A stretch of DNA of 64,000 nt from assembly GCA_963797095.1 (NCBI GenBank), contig CAWCNY010000004.1, positions 480,001-544,000 of the forward strand. The letters run 5' to 3'. The position numbers and the translations under genes are program-made. A model generated the notes under the pieces. It saw nothing but the letters and a program-made list of their open reading frames with translations. It did no database searches and was not told the origin of the DNA. The stretch is from an uncultured Chloroflexia bacterium. Its GTDB lineage: Bacteria; Chloroflexota; Chloroflexia; QHBQ01; JADMIH01. Below are positions 47,268 to 56,636 of this stretch, one piece after another (position 1 is the first letter of the stretch; every line of letters starts with the position of its first letter).

Positions 47268-48587
47268 CTAGGCTGTCCTTAGCAACCGCACGATCTCCCG
47301 CACCGAAGGCCGCTTCCCATACAGCAGCACCCCCACCCGGTAAATCCTCGCCGCCAACCACGTCAGCAAGTAGCTCGAAAGCGCTACCACCACCACCCCC
47401 ACTAGGAACTCCCAGAGATCGGTGTTGCCAAGCGCCACCCTGATGAACATCACCATAGGCGTAAAGAACGGCACAAACGACACTATCCGTATGAACTCGG
47501 CGTTCGGATCGGCCAGCGCATAGAACGATACCAGGTACACTGCCACGTTCACGATCGTCAGCGGCGCAGTGATGTTGTTCACATCCTCCACCTTGCTCAC
47601 CAGTGACCCAAGCGCCGCGTACATAGCCGCATACAACAGATACCCGAGCAGAAAGAATACCAGGAACGCCAACAGCGTCGGGGCAGGCACCGACGCCACA
47701 TCGATCCCGATCCCTTGCGCCGCGCTCCCAAGCGTGCCACCAAACAAGAGCACTACAAAGCCCGACAACACCCATAGCGCTGCCTGCGTCAGCCCGGCCA
47801 ACCCAACCCCAAGCACCTTCCCCGACATCAGTTCGATTGGCCGCACCGCCGTTATCAGCAACTCCATTACCCGACTGCTCTTCTCCTCCACCACGCCCAT
47901 CGCTACCTGTATCCCGTACATCAGTATCAATACGTACAGTCCGATCAACAGGAAGTACACCAGCGCCACCGAATTGCGCTGTGCTGCCTCGTCGGTCAGT
48001 GTCGCACCAACTATCGGCTCCACCTTCAGTTCAGGCGTAGTGAACAGAGCCTGTGCCTCCTGCGCTGAGATCCCAAACTCCTGCAACTTGGCCTGCGTCA
48101 GCGCCGCGCTCAAATACGCGTTCAACTGCGACGCCTCCAATGACCCCGGCCTATCCTTGGCATAGTAAGTGAACGTCGCACTGCTTGGCTTATCCCCATC
48201 CACCACCAGATACGCCCCGATATCGCCGTCAGTCACTTCCTTGCTGAGCGCGTCCTGGTCATCGGTGTCCGCCTTCACAAACCTGATACTCTGCGTCAGA
48301 GGCAAAGCTGTATTATCCGTCTCACCACTCGCCTGTCCGGGCACAGGCGTAGGCGTAGGTCGCGTGAGCACGTCCAGGTAAGAGTACACCAGGTTCGAAG
48401 GATCCACCACGGCCACCTTGGCAGTAGTAGTCTGGTCCAGCAGACTAAGCAACGCAGGCACAAAGGCCAGCGCTGCCAGCCCCAGCACCCCCACCACAGT
48501 CCCGATGATAAACCCGGGACTCCGAACCCTTTGCAAATACTCCCTCTTCAGCACAAGTTGTACATTCCGCAAATTCATCTCAAACAC
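47268..48587 (-). CDS. ABC-2 exporter permease (NatB/YhaP-like)
   Basis: KREY, VVEEKSSRVMELL, GKVLG, PFFTP, YRVGVL. Confidence 0.92.
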   Translation of the reverse strand: MFEMNLRNVQLVLKREYLQRVRSPGFIIGTVVGVLGLAALAFVPALLSLLDQTTTAKVAVVDPSNLVYSYLDVLTRPTPTPVPGQASGETDNTALPLTQSIRFVKADTDDQDALSKEVTDGDIGAYLVVDGDKPSSATFTYYAKDRPGSLEASQLNAYLSAALTQAKLQEFGISAQEAQALFTTPELKVEPIVGATLTDEAAQRNSVALVYFLLIGLYVLILMYGIQVAMGVVEEKSSRVMELLITAVRPIELMSGKVLGVGLAGLTQAALWVLSGFVVLLFGGTLGSAAQGIGIDVASVPAPTLLAFLVFFLLGYLLYAAMYAALGSLVSKVEDVNNITAPLTIVNVAVYLVSFYALADPNAEFIRIVSFVPFFTPMVMFIRVALGNTDLWEFLVGVVVVALSSYLLTWLAARIYRVGVLLYGKRPSVREIVRLLRTA

Positions 48588-48621
48588 CTCCGTCCATCCA
48601 CCAATCAGGTACTACCAACCA

Positions 48622-48719
48622 GGAACTCGGAACTTGGAACTTGGACCTCGGAACTTGGACCTCGGAACTCGGAACTTGGACCTCGGACCTCGGACCTCGG
48701 ACCTCGGAACTTGGAACCC
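48622..48719. repeat. Fourteen in-phase GGA(A/C)CTY-type heptamers
   Basis: Between the ABC ATPase and permease genes. Confidence 0.95.
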
Positions 48720-48748
48720 CAATCCTCCTCCGCCCTTCGTCCATCCAC

Positions 48749-49762
48749 CTAGCCCTCGGTCAATACCGTCCCTCCAAGCAGCGCCCCCTCCTCCGCCAGT
48801 TGCTTCACTGCCGCCGGGTCCGCCTTCTGCACCGCCTGGATGAATATCTCCTGCAATGTCGGCTCCGCCAATTCAAAGAGCCGCACATGCCCAGGCCCAT
48901 CCTGGATCGCCAGCTTCAGTATGTCGTCACTGGTAGTGCTATCGTGAAGCTCCAGGCGTATGCTACCGGCCCGCCGATCATGTATCTTAACCTTATAAGG
49001 CTTCAGCGCCTGCAAGAACCTCTCCATATTCGGTGGTTCCCCATTCTGCGCAGCAAACGCCAGTTCGATCAACTGCTTCCCACTCTGTCTCTTCAAATCC
49101 GCGATCAACCCCGTAGCCAGTAGCCGACCCCTGTGTATGATAGCCACGTAGTCGCAAAGCTCCTCCACCTGCTCAAGCCTGTGGCTCGAAAACACAATCG
49201 TCTTACCCTGTGCCTGCCTCTGCACCAGTGTATCCCTCAACACCTCCGTATTGATCGGGTCCAACCCCGAGAACGGTTCATCCAGCAGCATCAAGTCAGG
49301 CTCATGCAGGATCGCCGCCAGCACCTGCACCTTCTGCTGGTTCCCTTTTGACAGTTCCTCCACCTTGCGGTTCCAAGCATCGCCAAGCCCCACCTTCTCC
49401 AACCATTCGTGTGCGCGTGTGGTCGCTTCCCCTGCCGGAAGCCCGTACAATCCGGAAAGGAACACCAGTTCCTCTCCGACCTTCATCTTCAAGTAGAGCC
49501 CGCGCTCTTCCGGCAAATACCCGAAGCTCCGGCGCGGCACTCGCTCGCTTGGCTGCCCGTTCCAAGTGATAGTACCCGCGTCCGGCGACAGTATATTCAG
49601 CACCATCCTCAGAGTTGTCGTCTTGCCCGCGCCGTTCGCCCCGAGTAGCCCGAACATCGAGCCTCTTGGGATCGTAAACGAAAGGTCGTCCACCGCCACT
49701 ACGTGCTGAAACACCTTCCGCACATCGCTCAGCACAAGCCCGCCATTCTGCTTGCTCGCCAT
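48749..49762 (-). CDS. ABC ATP-binding protein (YhaQ-like)
   Basis: GANGAGKTT, GYLPEERGLY, LSKGNQQ, LLDEPFSGLD, SSH. Confidence 0.95.
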   Translation of the reverse strand: MASKQNGGLVLSDVRKVFQHVVAVDDLSFTIPRGSMFGLLGANGAGKTTTLRMVLNILSPDAGTITWNGQPSERVPRRSFGYLPEERGLYLKMKVGEELVFLSGLYGLPAGEATTRAHEWLEKVGLGDAWNRKVEELSKGNQQKVQVLAAILHEPDLMLLDEPFSGLDPINTEVLRDTLVQRQAQGKTIVFSSHRLEQVEELCDYVAIIHRGRLLATGLIADLKRQSGKQLIELAFAAQNGEPPNMERFLQALKPYKVKIHDRRAGSIRLELHDSTTSDDILKLAIQDGPGHVRLFELAEPTLQEIFIQAVQKADPAAVKQLAEEGALLGGTVLTEG

Positions 49763-49980
49763 GATCTCTAACTCCTCCTCCAAAAACTCTGCCCAACTAC
49801 GTCCCCAAATCTTGATTTCCAACCTATTGTACATCCTCAGCCGACAATACCCCATATTGTGCCAGCTCGCAGTGCCGGACAATACCACCCGTGCCATTTT
49901 CAAGCCACAGTAGTAAAATAGCCTTGTGCGACCCAACCGCACCGCACCAAAACACCACAAACGAGAGGCTGACTATCATA

Positions 49981-50826
49981 ATGTCCCAACTATCCCTACT
50001 GGGCGTCTTCGCCCATCCCGACGATGAGCAAACAGTAAGCGGCGTCTTTGCCAGCGCCGCCGCAGAAGGGATCAAAACCGGGCTTGTCTGCGCGACCCGA
50101 GGCGAGCTAGGTGAAATCTCCGATCCCTCTCTTGCCACCCCTAATAACCTGGGCGTGGTCCGCGAAGGCGAAATGCGTGCCGCCAGTGCCGTCCTCGGCA
50201 TCAAATACCTCTGGTTCCTCGACTACCGGGACTCCGGCATGATGGGCACTCCAGGCAATGAAGACCCAGCCTCGTTCTACAAAGCCGATGATGCCGAAGC
50301 CCTGGAGCGCCTTATCAAGATCATACGCGAGTTTCGCCCCACCGTCATGGTCACCTTCAATTCAACAGGCGGCTACGGTCACCCCGACCACACCACCATC
50401 CATCATCTCACGACCAGAGCCTTCCACGCAGCAGCCGATCCCAACCTCTATCCAGAGGCAGGTGAGCCTTGGCAAACTGTACGCCTCTACTATAGCTCCT
50501 TCCCACGCAGTCGAATCAAACAATTGGGCCAGTGGCTTGAGGATCACCATATTGATCTGGGCTTCAACACCGTTGATCCTGAGTTCCTGGGAATGCCCGA
50601 CAAGATGGTAACTCACTCCGTCGACACAAGCGAATGGGTGCCCATCAAAGAACGCAGCCTCAGTATGCACCGCACCCAGAACGACCCAAACTCAATGTTC
50701 AACCAGATGCCCGCCGAGATCATGTCAGAATTCCGCTCAAAAGAACACTTCTCCCTGGCCGCAGGCACTCCACTCCCTGACACTCCGGAAGCTTCGTCCG
50801 ATCTCTTCGCGGGTCTCAGGGACTAA
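49981..50826 (+). CDS. PIG-L family deacetylase (MshB/Mca/BshB-like)
   Basis: AHPDDE, TRGELGE, YRDSGM, GGYGHPDH. Confidence 0.92.
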   Translation: MSQLSLLGVFAHPDDEQTVSGVFASAAAEGIKTGLVCATRGELGEISDPSLATPNNLGVVREGEMRAASAVLGIKYLWFLDYRDSGMMGTPGNEDPASFYKADDAEALERLIKIIREFRPTVMVTFNSTGGYGHPDHTTIHHLTTRAFHAAADPNLYPEAGEPWQTVRLYYSSFPRSRIKQLGQWLEDHHIDLGFNTVDPEFLGMPDKMVTHSVDTSEWVPIKERSLSMHRTQNDPNSMFNQMPAEIMSEFRSKEHFSLAAGTPLPDTPEASSDLFAGLRD

Positions 50827-50864
50827 TACGGCGGCCTTAGCCAATCATTACAGGAGGCAAACCC

Positions 50865-51440
50865 ATGTGCGGAGGTGTCATCTTCCCCTACCGGAAAGAG
50901 TACAAAGAATTACTCGAAAAGCTCTATTCCCCCGACGAAGTGGCCCAATTCGAAGCCACCGGCGAAGTCCGTTCGCTCTACTGGCAGAAAGCCGAACCGG
51001 TTCTTCCCGTGCTGGTAGAGCGCGATGAGAACGAACCCGCCGGTGAAAGCGCCGAGCCTGAGCCGCGCCTCATGCTCTGGGGCAATCGCGACAAGAACAA
51101 GCCCTTGCCCCAAACCGGCTGGGCACGTCTCGAAAGCATCGAGGAAGGCAAATGGGGCTATCTCAAGCCCAAGCCCGCCCTCATCCCTGTATCCTACGGC
51201 GTAGAGAAAGGTAAGTGGTTCTCCATCGACAATGGTATCGCTGGCTTAGTGGTCAGAAAAGCCGGTGAAGAGCGCATCTACATGCTAACCGAAGCAGCCG
51301 ACGAAGAATTCCTGGACGTAACCCACCATGAGCGCATGCCCGTCCTCATAGATCAAGATGCCATTCCCTGGCTCACCGGCGATCCCACTGGCACGGGTTC
51401 TGCCATACAACCCTCCCTCCCCCTGGAAAGTGAAGCGTGA
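50865..51440 (+). CDS. Divergent SRAP/YedK-like protein
   Basis: N-terminal MCG, MLWG, WARLES, candidate catalytic Glu in YGVE, MLT and HERMP; AGGAGG RBS. Confidence 0.7.
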   Translation: MCGGVIFPYRKEYKELLEKLYSPDEVAQFEATGEVRSLYWQKAEPVLPVLVERDENEPAGESAEPEPRLMLWGNRDKNKPLPQTGWARLESIEEGKWGYLKPKPALIPVSYGVEKGKWFSIDNGIAGLVVRKAGEERIYMLTEAADEEFLDVTHHERMPVLIDQDAIPWLTGDPTGTGSAIQPSLPLESEA

Positions 51441-51514
51441 TGCGTAATACATGACCATTGCTTACTCCGTCACTCGTCACTCGTCACCTTTCCTCTAGAC
51501 CCAAAGGACCACCA

Positions 51515-52468
51515 ATGCCAAGCCCAGAAGATCAACCGAAACCCGTACTAGCCAACCAGAAGCCCCCTGCCCGCAACCCACCAACCGCCAGTGCCGCCGA
51601 GTTGGAAGCAATCAACGCTCCCCTCAAGCAAAACACGACCCTCAATCGCAAAGCACGCATGGGCGCGCCAACCGAGGACGAGGAACTTCTCAAACGGCCC
51701 ACGCCAACTCCATCCGATTTCACCCGCTCCGACACCTGGCGTGTTCTCCGTATCATGGGCGAATTCGTGAGCGGCTTTGATACCCTTGCAAGTCTGGGGG
51801 CTGCCGTCACCGTCTTCGGCTCCGCCCGCATCGGCCATGACAACCCCATGTATGACCAGGCGACGCAACTCGCCAGGATGCTCGCCGAACAGGGCTTCGC
51901 CATCATCACGGGCGGCGGGCCTGGCGTTATGGAAGCCGCTAATAAAGGAGCGCGCGAAGCGGGAGGTGTCTCTGTAGGCTGCAATATCGAGCTTCCATTC
52001 GAGCAAGGCACCAACGCCTATGTAGACATAGCCATCAACTTCCGCTACTTCTTCGTTCGCAAGACCATGTTCATGAAATACTCCGAAGCCTTCGTCATCT
52101 TCCCAGGAGGCTTCGGTACTATGGACGAGCTGTTCGAGGCCCTTACACTCGTCCAGACCGGCAAGGTCCGCAACTTCCCGCTCATCCTCTTCGGCAGCCA
52201 GTATTGGCGAGGCCTTCTGAACTGGATCAAAGGTGTCATGCTTGTGGAACACAAGATCAACGCGGACGACCTCAAGCTCCTCATCCTCACCGACTCGATT
52301 GAGGACGCCTGCCAGATGATCGTAGATTGCTACAACGATAGGTGCTGGCAGGTCGAGGACTCCTCTGAAGCAACCCAGATCCACTCCGAGCTACTTGATG
52401 AGCCAGGCGAATTGAGACCACCCAACAATCACAATGGGCGCGAAGGCGATCCCACATTACAGGAATAA
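51515..52468 (+). CDS. LOG family (TIGR00730) nucleotide phosphoribohydrolase
   Basis: VFGSAR, TGGGPG, YFFVRK, PGGFGTMDE. Confidence 0.92.
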   Translation: MPSPEDQPKPVLANQKPPARNPPTASAAELEAINAPLKQNTTLNRKARMGAPTEDEELLKRPTPTPSDFTRSDTWRVLRIMGEFVSGFDTLASLGAAVTVFGSARIGHDNPMYDQATQLARMLAEQGFAIITGGGPGVMEAANKGAREAGGVSVGCNIELPFEQGTNAYVDIAINFRYFFVRKTMFMKYSEAFVIFPGGFGTMDELFEALTLVQTGKVRNFPLILFGSQYWRGLLNWIKGVMLVEHKINADDLKLLILTDSIEDACQMIVDCYNDRCWQVEDSSEATQIHSELLDEPGELRPPNNHNGREGDPTLQE

Positions 52469-52538
52469 GACTAAGGGTACATACGCCGCCTCAAATTGTA
52501 GGATTCGGCTTCGCAGACATACAATCTGGTCTAGTATG

Positions 52539-52572
52539 GAGAAAATCGGCGGGAAAGCCCGCCGATTTTCTC
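52539..52572. terminator. Bidirectional terminator between the LOG gene and tRNA-Pro
   Basis: Perfect 15-bp stem GAGAAAATCGGCGGG-AAAG-CCCGCCGATTTTCTC. Confidence 0.75.
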
Positions 52573-52681
52573 TATATTAAAAAGCCCCTCCCCAAGAACT
52601 TGGGGAGGGGTTGGGGTGGGGAGTAAGTATACGTCGTTAGTCATTTTACGCAGCAGATGATGTGCGTTTTGCTTGGCTCTA

Positions 52682-52758
52682 TGGTCGGGGTGAGAGGATT
52701 TGAACCTCTGACTTCATCGTCCCGAACGATGCGCGCTGCCGGGCTGCGCTACACCCCG
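52682..52758 (-). tRNA. tRNA-Pro (anticodon CGG)
   Basis: 77-nt cloverleaf: CGGGGTG/CACCCCG acceptor, CATCG-TTCGGGA-CGATG anticodon arm, GGTTCAAATCC T-arm, encoded CCA. Confidence 0.97.
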
Positions 52759-52773
52759 AGGATATGTTCCATC

Positions 52774-52803
52774 ATTATACCAGACCCCGCTCATGCCTGT
52801 CAA
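52774..52803 (-). promoter_or_regulatory. tRNA-Pro promoter
   Basis: Minus strand TTGACA-18 bp-TATAAT with extended TG. Confidence 0.8.
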
Positions 52804-52817
52804 AAACTGTACCGAAG

Positions 52818-54484
52818 GTATGCGGTCAGACTTGAGGTGGAGCAATTTCCACTGTATTCTATGAAGTATGAACCTGGAAGAAGAACTAGCCCATCTGCGG
52901 GCAGAGAATGCACAACTCAAAGAGCAATTGCGCCTTGCTCTGGAGCGCATCGCCGAGTTGGAAGCCAGGTTGGAGCAGATGCAGACACAGCTAGCCTCTG
53001 GCTCTGGCTCGCCAGGTGCCCCATCATTCGTCAAGCCCTCCACTCCCAAGAAGAACAACACCCCAAAGCCTCCCAGACGCCCCAGAGCTAAAGAGCACAA
53101 TGGTGCCCGCCGCCGTGAACAATCGCCCACCTCAACAATTGAGCACCACCTGCAGCAGTGTCCCGATTGTGGCTACACCCTTCGTCAGCACCAACTCGCC
53201 TCCAGACGCCAGGTGATAGAACTCCCTCCACCCCCTCCTGTGCAAGTCACTGAGCACCAGCTATTCAAGGGGTGGTGTGCTCGTTGTGGGAGGTGGCACT
53301 ACCCCACTGTCGACCTTACAGGTCAGGTGATTGGGCAAGGCAGAATGGGGGTGCGTATCGCCTCCCTCATAGCTCATCTGCGCACATCGTTGAGGATGCC
53401 CCTCCTCCTCATAAAAGAGTACCTGTACACCATACACAAGTTGACCATCTCTTCGGGTGAGGTTGTGGAGTTGTTGCATCGAATGGTGCAAGCCGAACCT
53501 CTGAAGGAGGCTGCTGCCTCCATAAAGAAGAGGGTTCGAAGGAGCCATAGCCATGTGGTACATGGTGACGAAACCACCTGGCGAGAAGGGGGACAAAACG
53601 GCTATATCTGGGGCTTCTTCACGCCCGATGGAGAGCGATTGTACGAGTACGACCAGAGCCGAGGGGGAGCGGTAGCCAAACGAATAATGGGGTCTAACTT
53701 TGGGGAAAAGGGTCAAGTAATGTCGAGTGACTTCTACGGTGGCTACAACGACTTCCCAGGAGAGCACCAGCGGTGCTGGGCACATCTGCTCCGTGATTTG
53801 CATAAGCTGAAAGAGGAGCACCCCATCAACCCCATCAACCCTACCAACCCTACCAACCCTACCAACCCTACCAACCCCACTAACCCCACTAACGAGGAAG
53901 TGCATGAATGGGCCAGGGGAGTGCGAGCACTGTACGATGATGCCCATAAGCTGTTGGAAGAACACGAACTTGGCCCTCCCACTGCAGACGAAGCCACAAA
54001 AGAGCCACACAAGTGGGAGCAGCGTGTAAGAGAGTACCGGCGGTTGGTGGAAGGGGTTGCCAAGCTAGGTGCGCAGTATGCCGATGCCAAGGAGTTCGGG
54101 CCACAGGGCGGGGGCAAACAAGGGCCACAGGGCGGGGGCGGGGGCGGGGGCGGGGGCGGGGGCGGGGGCAAGAACGGTAACGGCCCCCAAAGAGCAAGCA
54201 CCCATGCCACACCTTGTGCAAGAGACTGCTGCGCCACCAGGAGGAGTTATTCCAGTTCGTGATAGTGCCCACCTTATCCTCTGACAACAACCTGGCGGAA
54301 CGGTCAATCCGTCCTGTGGTGGTGATGCGCAAGGTATCAGGTGGTAGTCAATCGCCCAAGGGATCAGCCACCCGGATGACGTTGGCTACCCTGTTCGGCA
54401 CCTGGCGAGCTAAGGGTCTCAACCCCTTTGACCAGTGCTTGGCCCTCCTCTCCCAGCCCTCCCACCCTTAATCTGAGAGCTTAC
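52818..54484 (+). mobile_element. IS66-family element, single-ORF (ISBst12-like), copy 1
   Basis: Ends GTATGCGGTCAGA / TCTGAGAGCTTAC; 1667 bp; right end matches copy 2. Confidence 0.9.
52868..54471 (+). pseudogene. IS66 TnpC transposase with -1 frameshift near 54185
   Basis: Leucine-zipper N-terminus, CPDCG..CARCG zinc finger, HGDET, SSDFY, QRCWAHL; DNNLAERSIR lies in a second frame (54181-54471). Confidence 0.85.
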
Positions 54485-54603
54485 AATGCAATCTCGAAGG
54501 AACGGCAAGTGGGTCTGGGAAGTTGATGCCGTGGCTCATAGTCTCAGACATTTCGAGGATTGAACACTTATCAGTCGCCTTCATTTTAGGGTAGAATATC
54601 GCT

Positions 54604-55740
54604 ATGGCTAACGCAACACCCGATGAGGGTGGATCTATTGGGCGGGAAATTAGACCTGCACGGGCTGCCCGATACCGTCCGCATGCCAGCGTTACAGTTA
54701 CCACCGAATCCCCTATTGGCGAGCATACTCGTCCTGAAGCGGCGACTGGCGCGACGCAGCTACTTTGGCTCTCAATCATCGCCGGTGTGGTGTTGTTCTT
54801 CACTATGCTTCTCGTCTTGCTGGGCGGACGTGCTAATGTTGGGGCCATTATAAGCACGCTAAGCGTTCGTTTTCTAAGCCTATTCATCGAGGCGGCTCCC
54901 TTCCTCCTTCTGGGCACCCTCCTCTCCGGCTTGATTGATGTCTTCGTGCGCCAGGAGCATATACTTCGCTTCGTGCCGCGTAATGCCTTCCTGGGTGTGC
55001 TCACAGGTACTTTCGCGGGCTTCGTCTTCCCGGTGTGTGAATGTGGGGTCGTACCAGTTGTACGCCAGCTATACGTCAAGCGCCTGCCTTTACCTGTGGG
55101 CATTTCATTCCTTCTGGCTGCCCCCGTCATGAATCCAATCGTGTTATTCAGCACCTGGACTGCGTTCGGTTGGGGGCCAATACTGATCGGTAGGTATGTC
55201 ATTTCTGCCATTGTTGTAATCGCAATCGGCCTCTTTTTCGCGCTAGGCAAGAACAAGATCGAGTTGGCGCCTGCCGTGCTGGCTTCTTCCGCTCAACCGG
55301 CCACACCGGCACTTGATATGCCGATAGGAACTAAGCTCAGGCAAGCCCTTACGGTGGCGGGTGATGAGTTCTTCGATATGGGCCGGTACCTGGTAGTGGG
55401 TGCGCTCCTCGCTTCTGCGATGCAAACTCTTGTGTCTCAAGATGTGATATTGTCCCTGGGGCAAGGCCCGATTGCATCTGTGCTCATTATGCAGGTGCTG
55501 GCCTTTGTGCTGAGCGTTTGCTCAACTGTCGATGCCTTCCTCGCGTTGGCCTTCACGGGCGCTTTCACTGCCGGTTCGCTCCTGGCGTTCCTGACCTTCG
55601 GGCCTATGGTAGACATCAAGAGCACTATCATGTTCATGGGCGTCTTCAAGAGGCGTACGGTAGGCTTACTGGTCGTTTTACCTTTCCTCCTGACTTTTGT
55701 CATATCGGTCCTGCTCAATCTGATCGGATGGACTCCTTGA
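54604..55740 (+). CDS. DUF318 permease (YcgR/ArsP-like)
   Basis: EAAPFLLLG, PVCECG, APVMNP, LSVCSTVDA, GPMVDIK. Confidence 0.9.
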   Translation: MANATPDEGGSIGREIRPARAARYRPHASVTVTTESPIGEHTRPEAATGATQLLWLSIIAGVVLFFTMLLVLLGGRANVGAIISTLSVRFLSLFIEAAPFLLLGTLLSGLIDVFVRQEHILRFVPRNAFLGVLTGTFAGFVFPVCECGVVPVVRQLYVKRLPLPVGISFLLAAPVMNPIVLFSTWTAFGWGPILIGRYVISAIVVIAIGLFFALGKNKIELAPAVLASSAQPATPALDMPIGTKLRQALTVAGDEFFDMGRYLVVGALLASAMQTLVSQDVILSLGQGPIASVLIMQVLAFVLSVCSTVDAFLALAFTGAFTAGSLLAFLTFGPMVDIKSTIMFMGVFKRRTVGLLVVLPFLLTFVISVLLNLIGWTP

Positions 55741-56606
55741 TGAACGTGGAGCAACAGATTACAATTCAATCGTTGCGCTCTGATAAGCGAGATGTACAGA
55801 ACCGGGTAATCGCCAAAATAGCGGTCCTGCTTGGACTTGGGATTTACTTCGCTTACAATCTGACCAGCGGCAACATCAAAAACTATGTCAATCCGCAATG
55901 GGCCTGGTTATCGGGTATGGCCTCCGTACTATGCCTACTGCTCGGCCTTGTGAGTCTTTACTCTTATCTACGGGAGCGACCGCAGACTATTCATTCTGAT
56001 GCACCGCTTCACGACCATCCGCATTCCCATGACCATAGCGAAGACTCGGCACATGGGCACAAGGGCCATAGCCATTCGGCGGTAAGTTGGCCCATGTTAT
56101 CTGTCCTGGCGATTCCTCTAGTGCTGGGACTTGGCGTGCCGTCGCAACCCCTTGGCGCATCTGCCCTGGAGAACAGCACAGGCACATCGAAGTCTATGAT
56201 CGAGCGGGCAGGCCCGGCTGAGGGTAATGACACCGCAAGGTGGAACATCTGGGACTGGCAGCGTACTTATTATGCGAATGTCCACCCCGATAACTGGTTC
56301 GACGGCCAAGGGGGCAACTTCTCAGGCTTTATCTTCCACCCAGGTGGCCTGGGACCTGACCAGTTTGTGCTGGCTCGATATGTTATGCGCCACTGCGCCG
56401 CCGACGCCTTTGGGGTTGGCATGCTTGTGAATTGGCCCGGTGGGGGCAGCTTGCCTGAAGACACATGGGTGGATATTAGCGGCACTATGGCGGTAGAGCC
56501 GTTCCAGGGGGAGGATACTCTCCTGGTAAATGCTGCTTCTCTCACCAACCTTAAATCCCCCGACAACCCGTATATCTATCCATCGTTCTATGTCGTATCG
56601 AAATAG
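55740..56606 (+). CDS. TIGR03943/DUF1980 (YcgQ-like) permease partner with His-rich linker
   Basis: NYVNP, HDHPHSHDH tract, RYVMRHCAADA, DTWV, PYIYP; TGATG coupling. Confidence 0.85.
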   Translation: MNVEQQITIQSLRSDKRDVQNRVIAKIAVLLGLGIYFAYNLTSGNIKNYVNPQWAWLSGMASVLCLLLGLVSLYSYLRERPQTIHSDAPLHDHPHSHDHSEDSAHGHKGHSHSAVSWPMLSVLAIPLVLGLGVPSQPLGASALENSTGTSKSMIERAGPAEGNDTARWNIWDWQRTYYANVHPDNWFDGQGGNFSGFIFHPGGLGPDQFVLARYVMRHCAADAFGVGMLVNWPGGGSLPEDTWVDISGTMAVEPFQGEDTLLVNAASLTNLKSPDNPYIYPSFYVVSK

Positions 56607-56636
56607 CAGAAATCTTTGAAAGCAGAGGATCACCAG

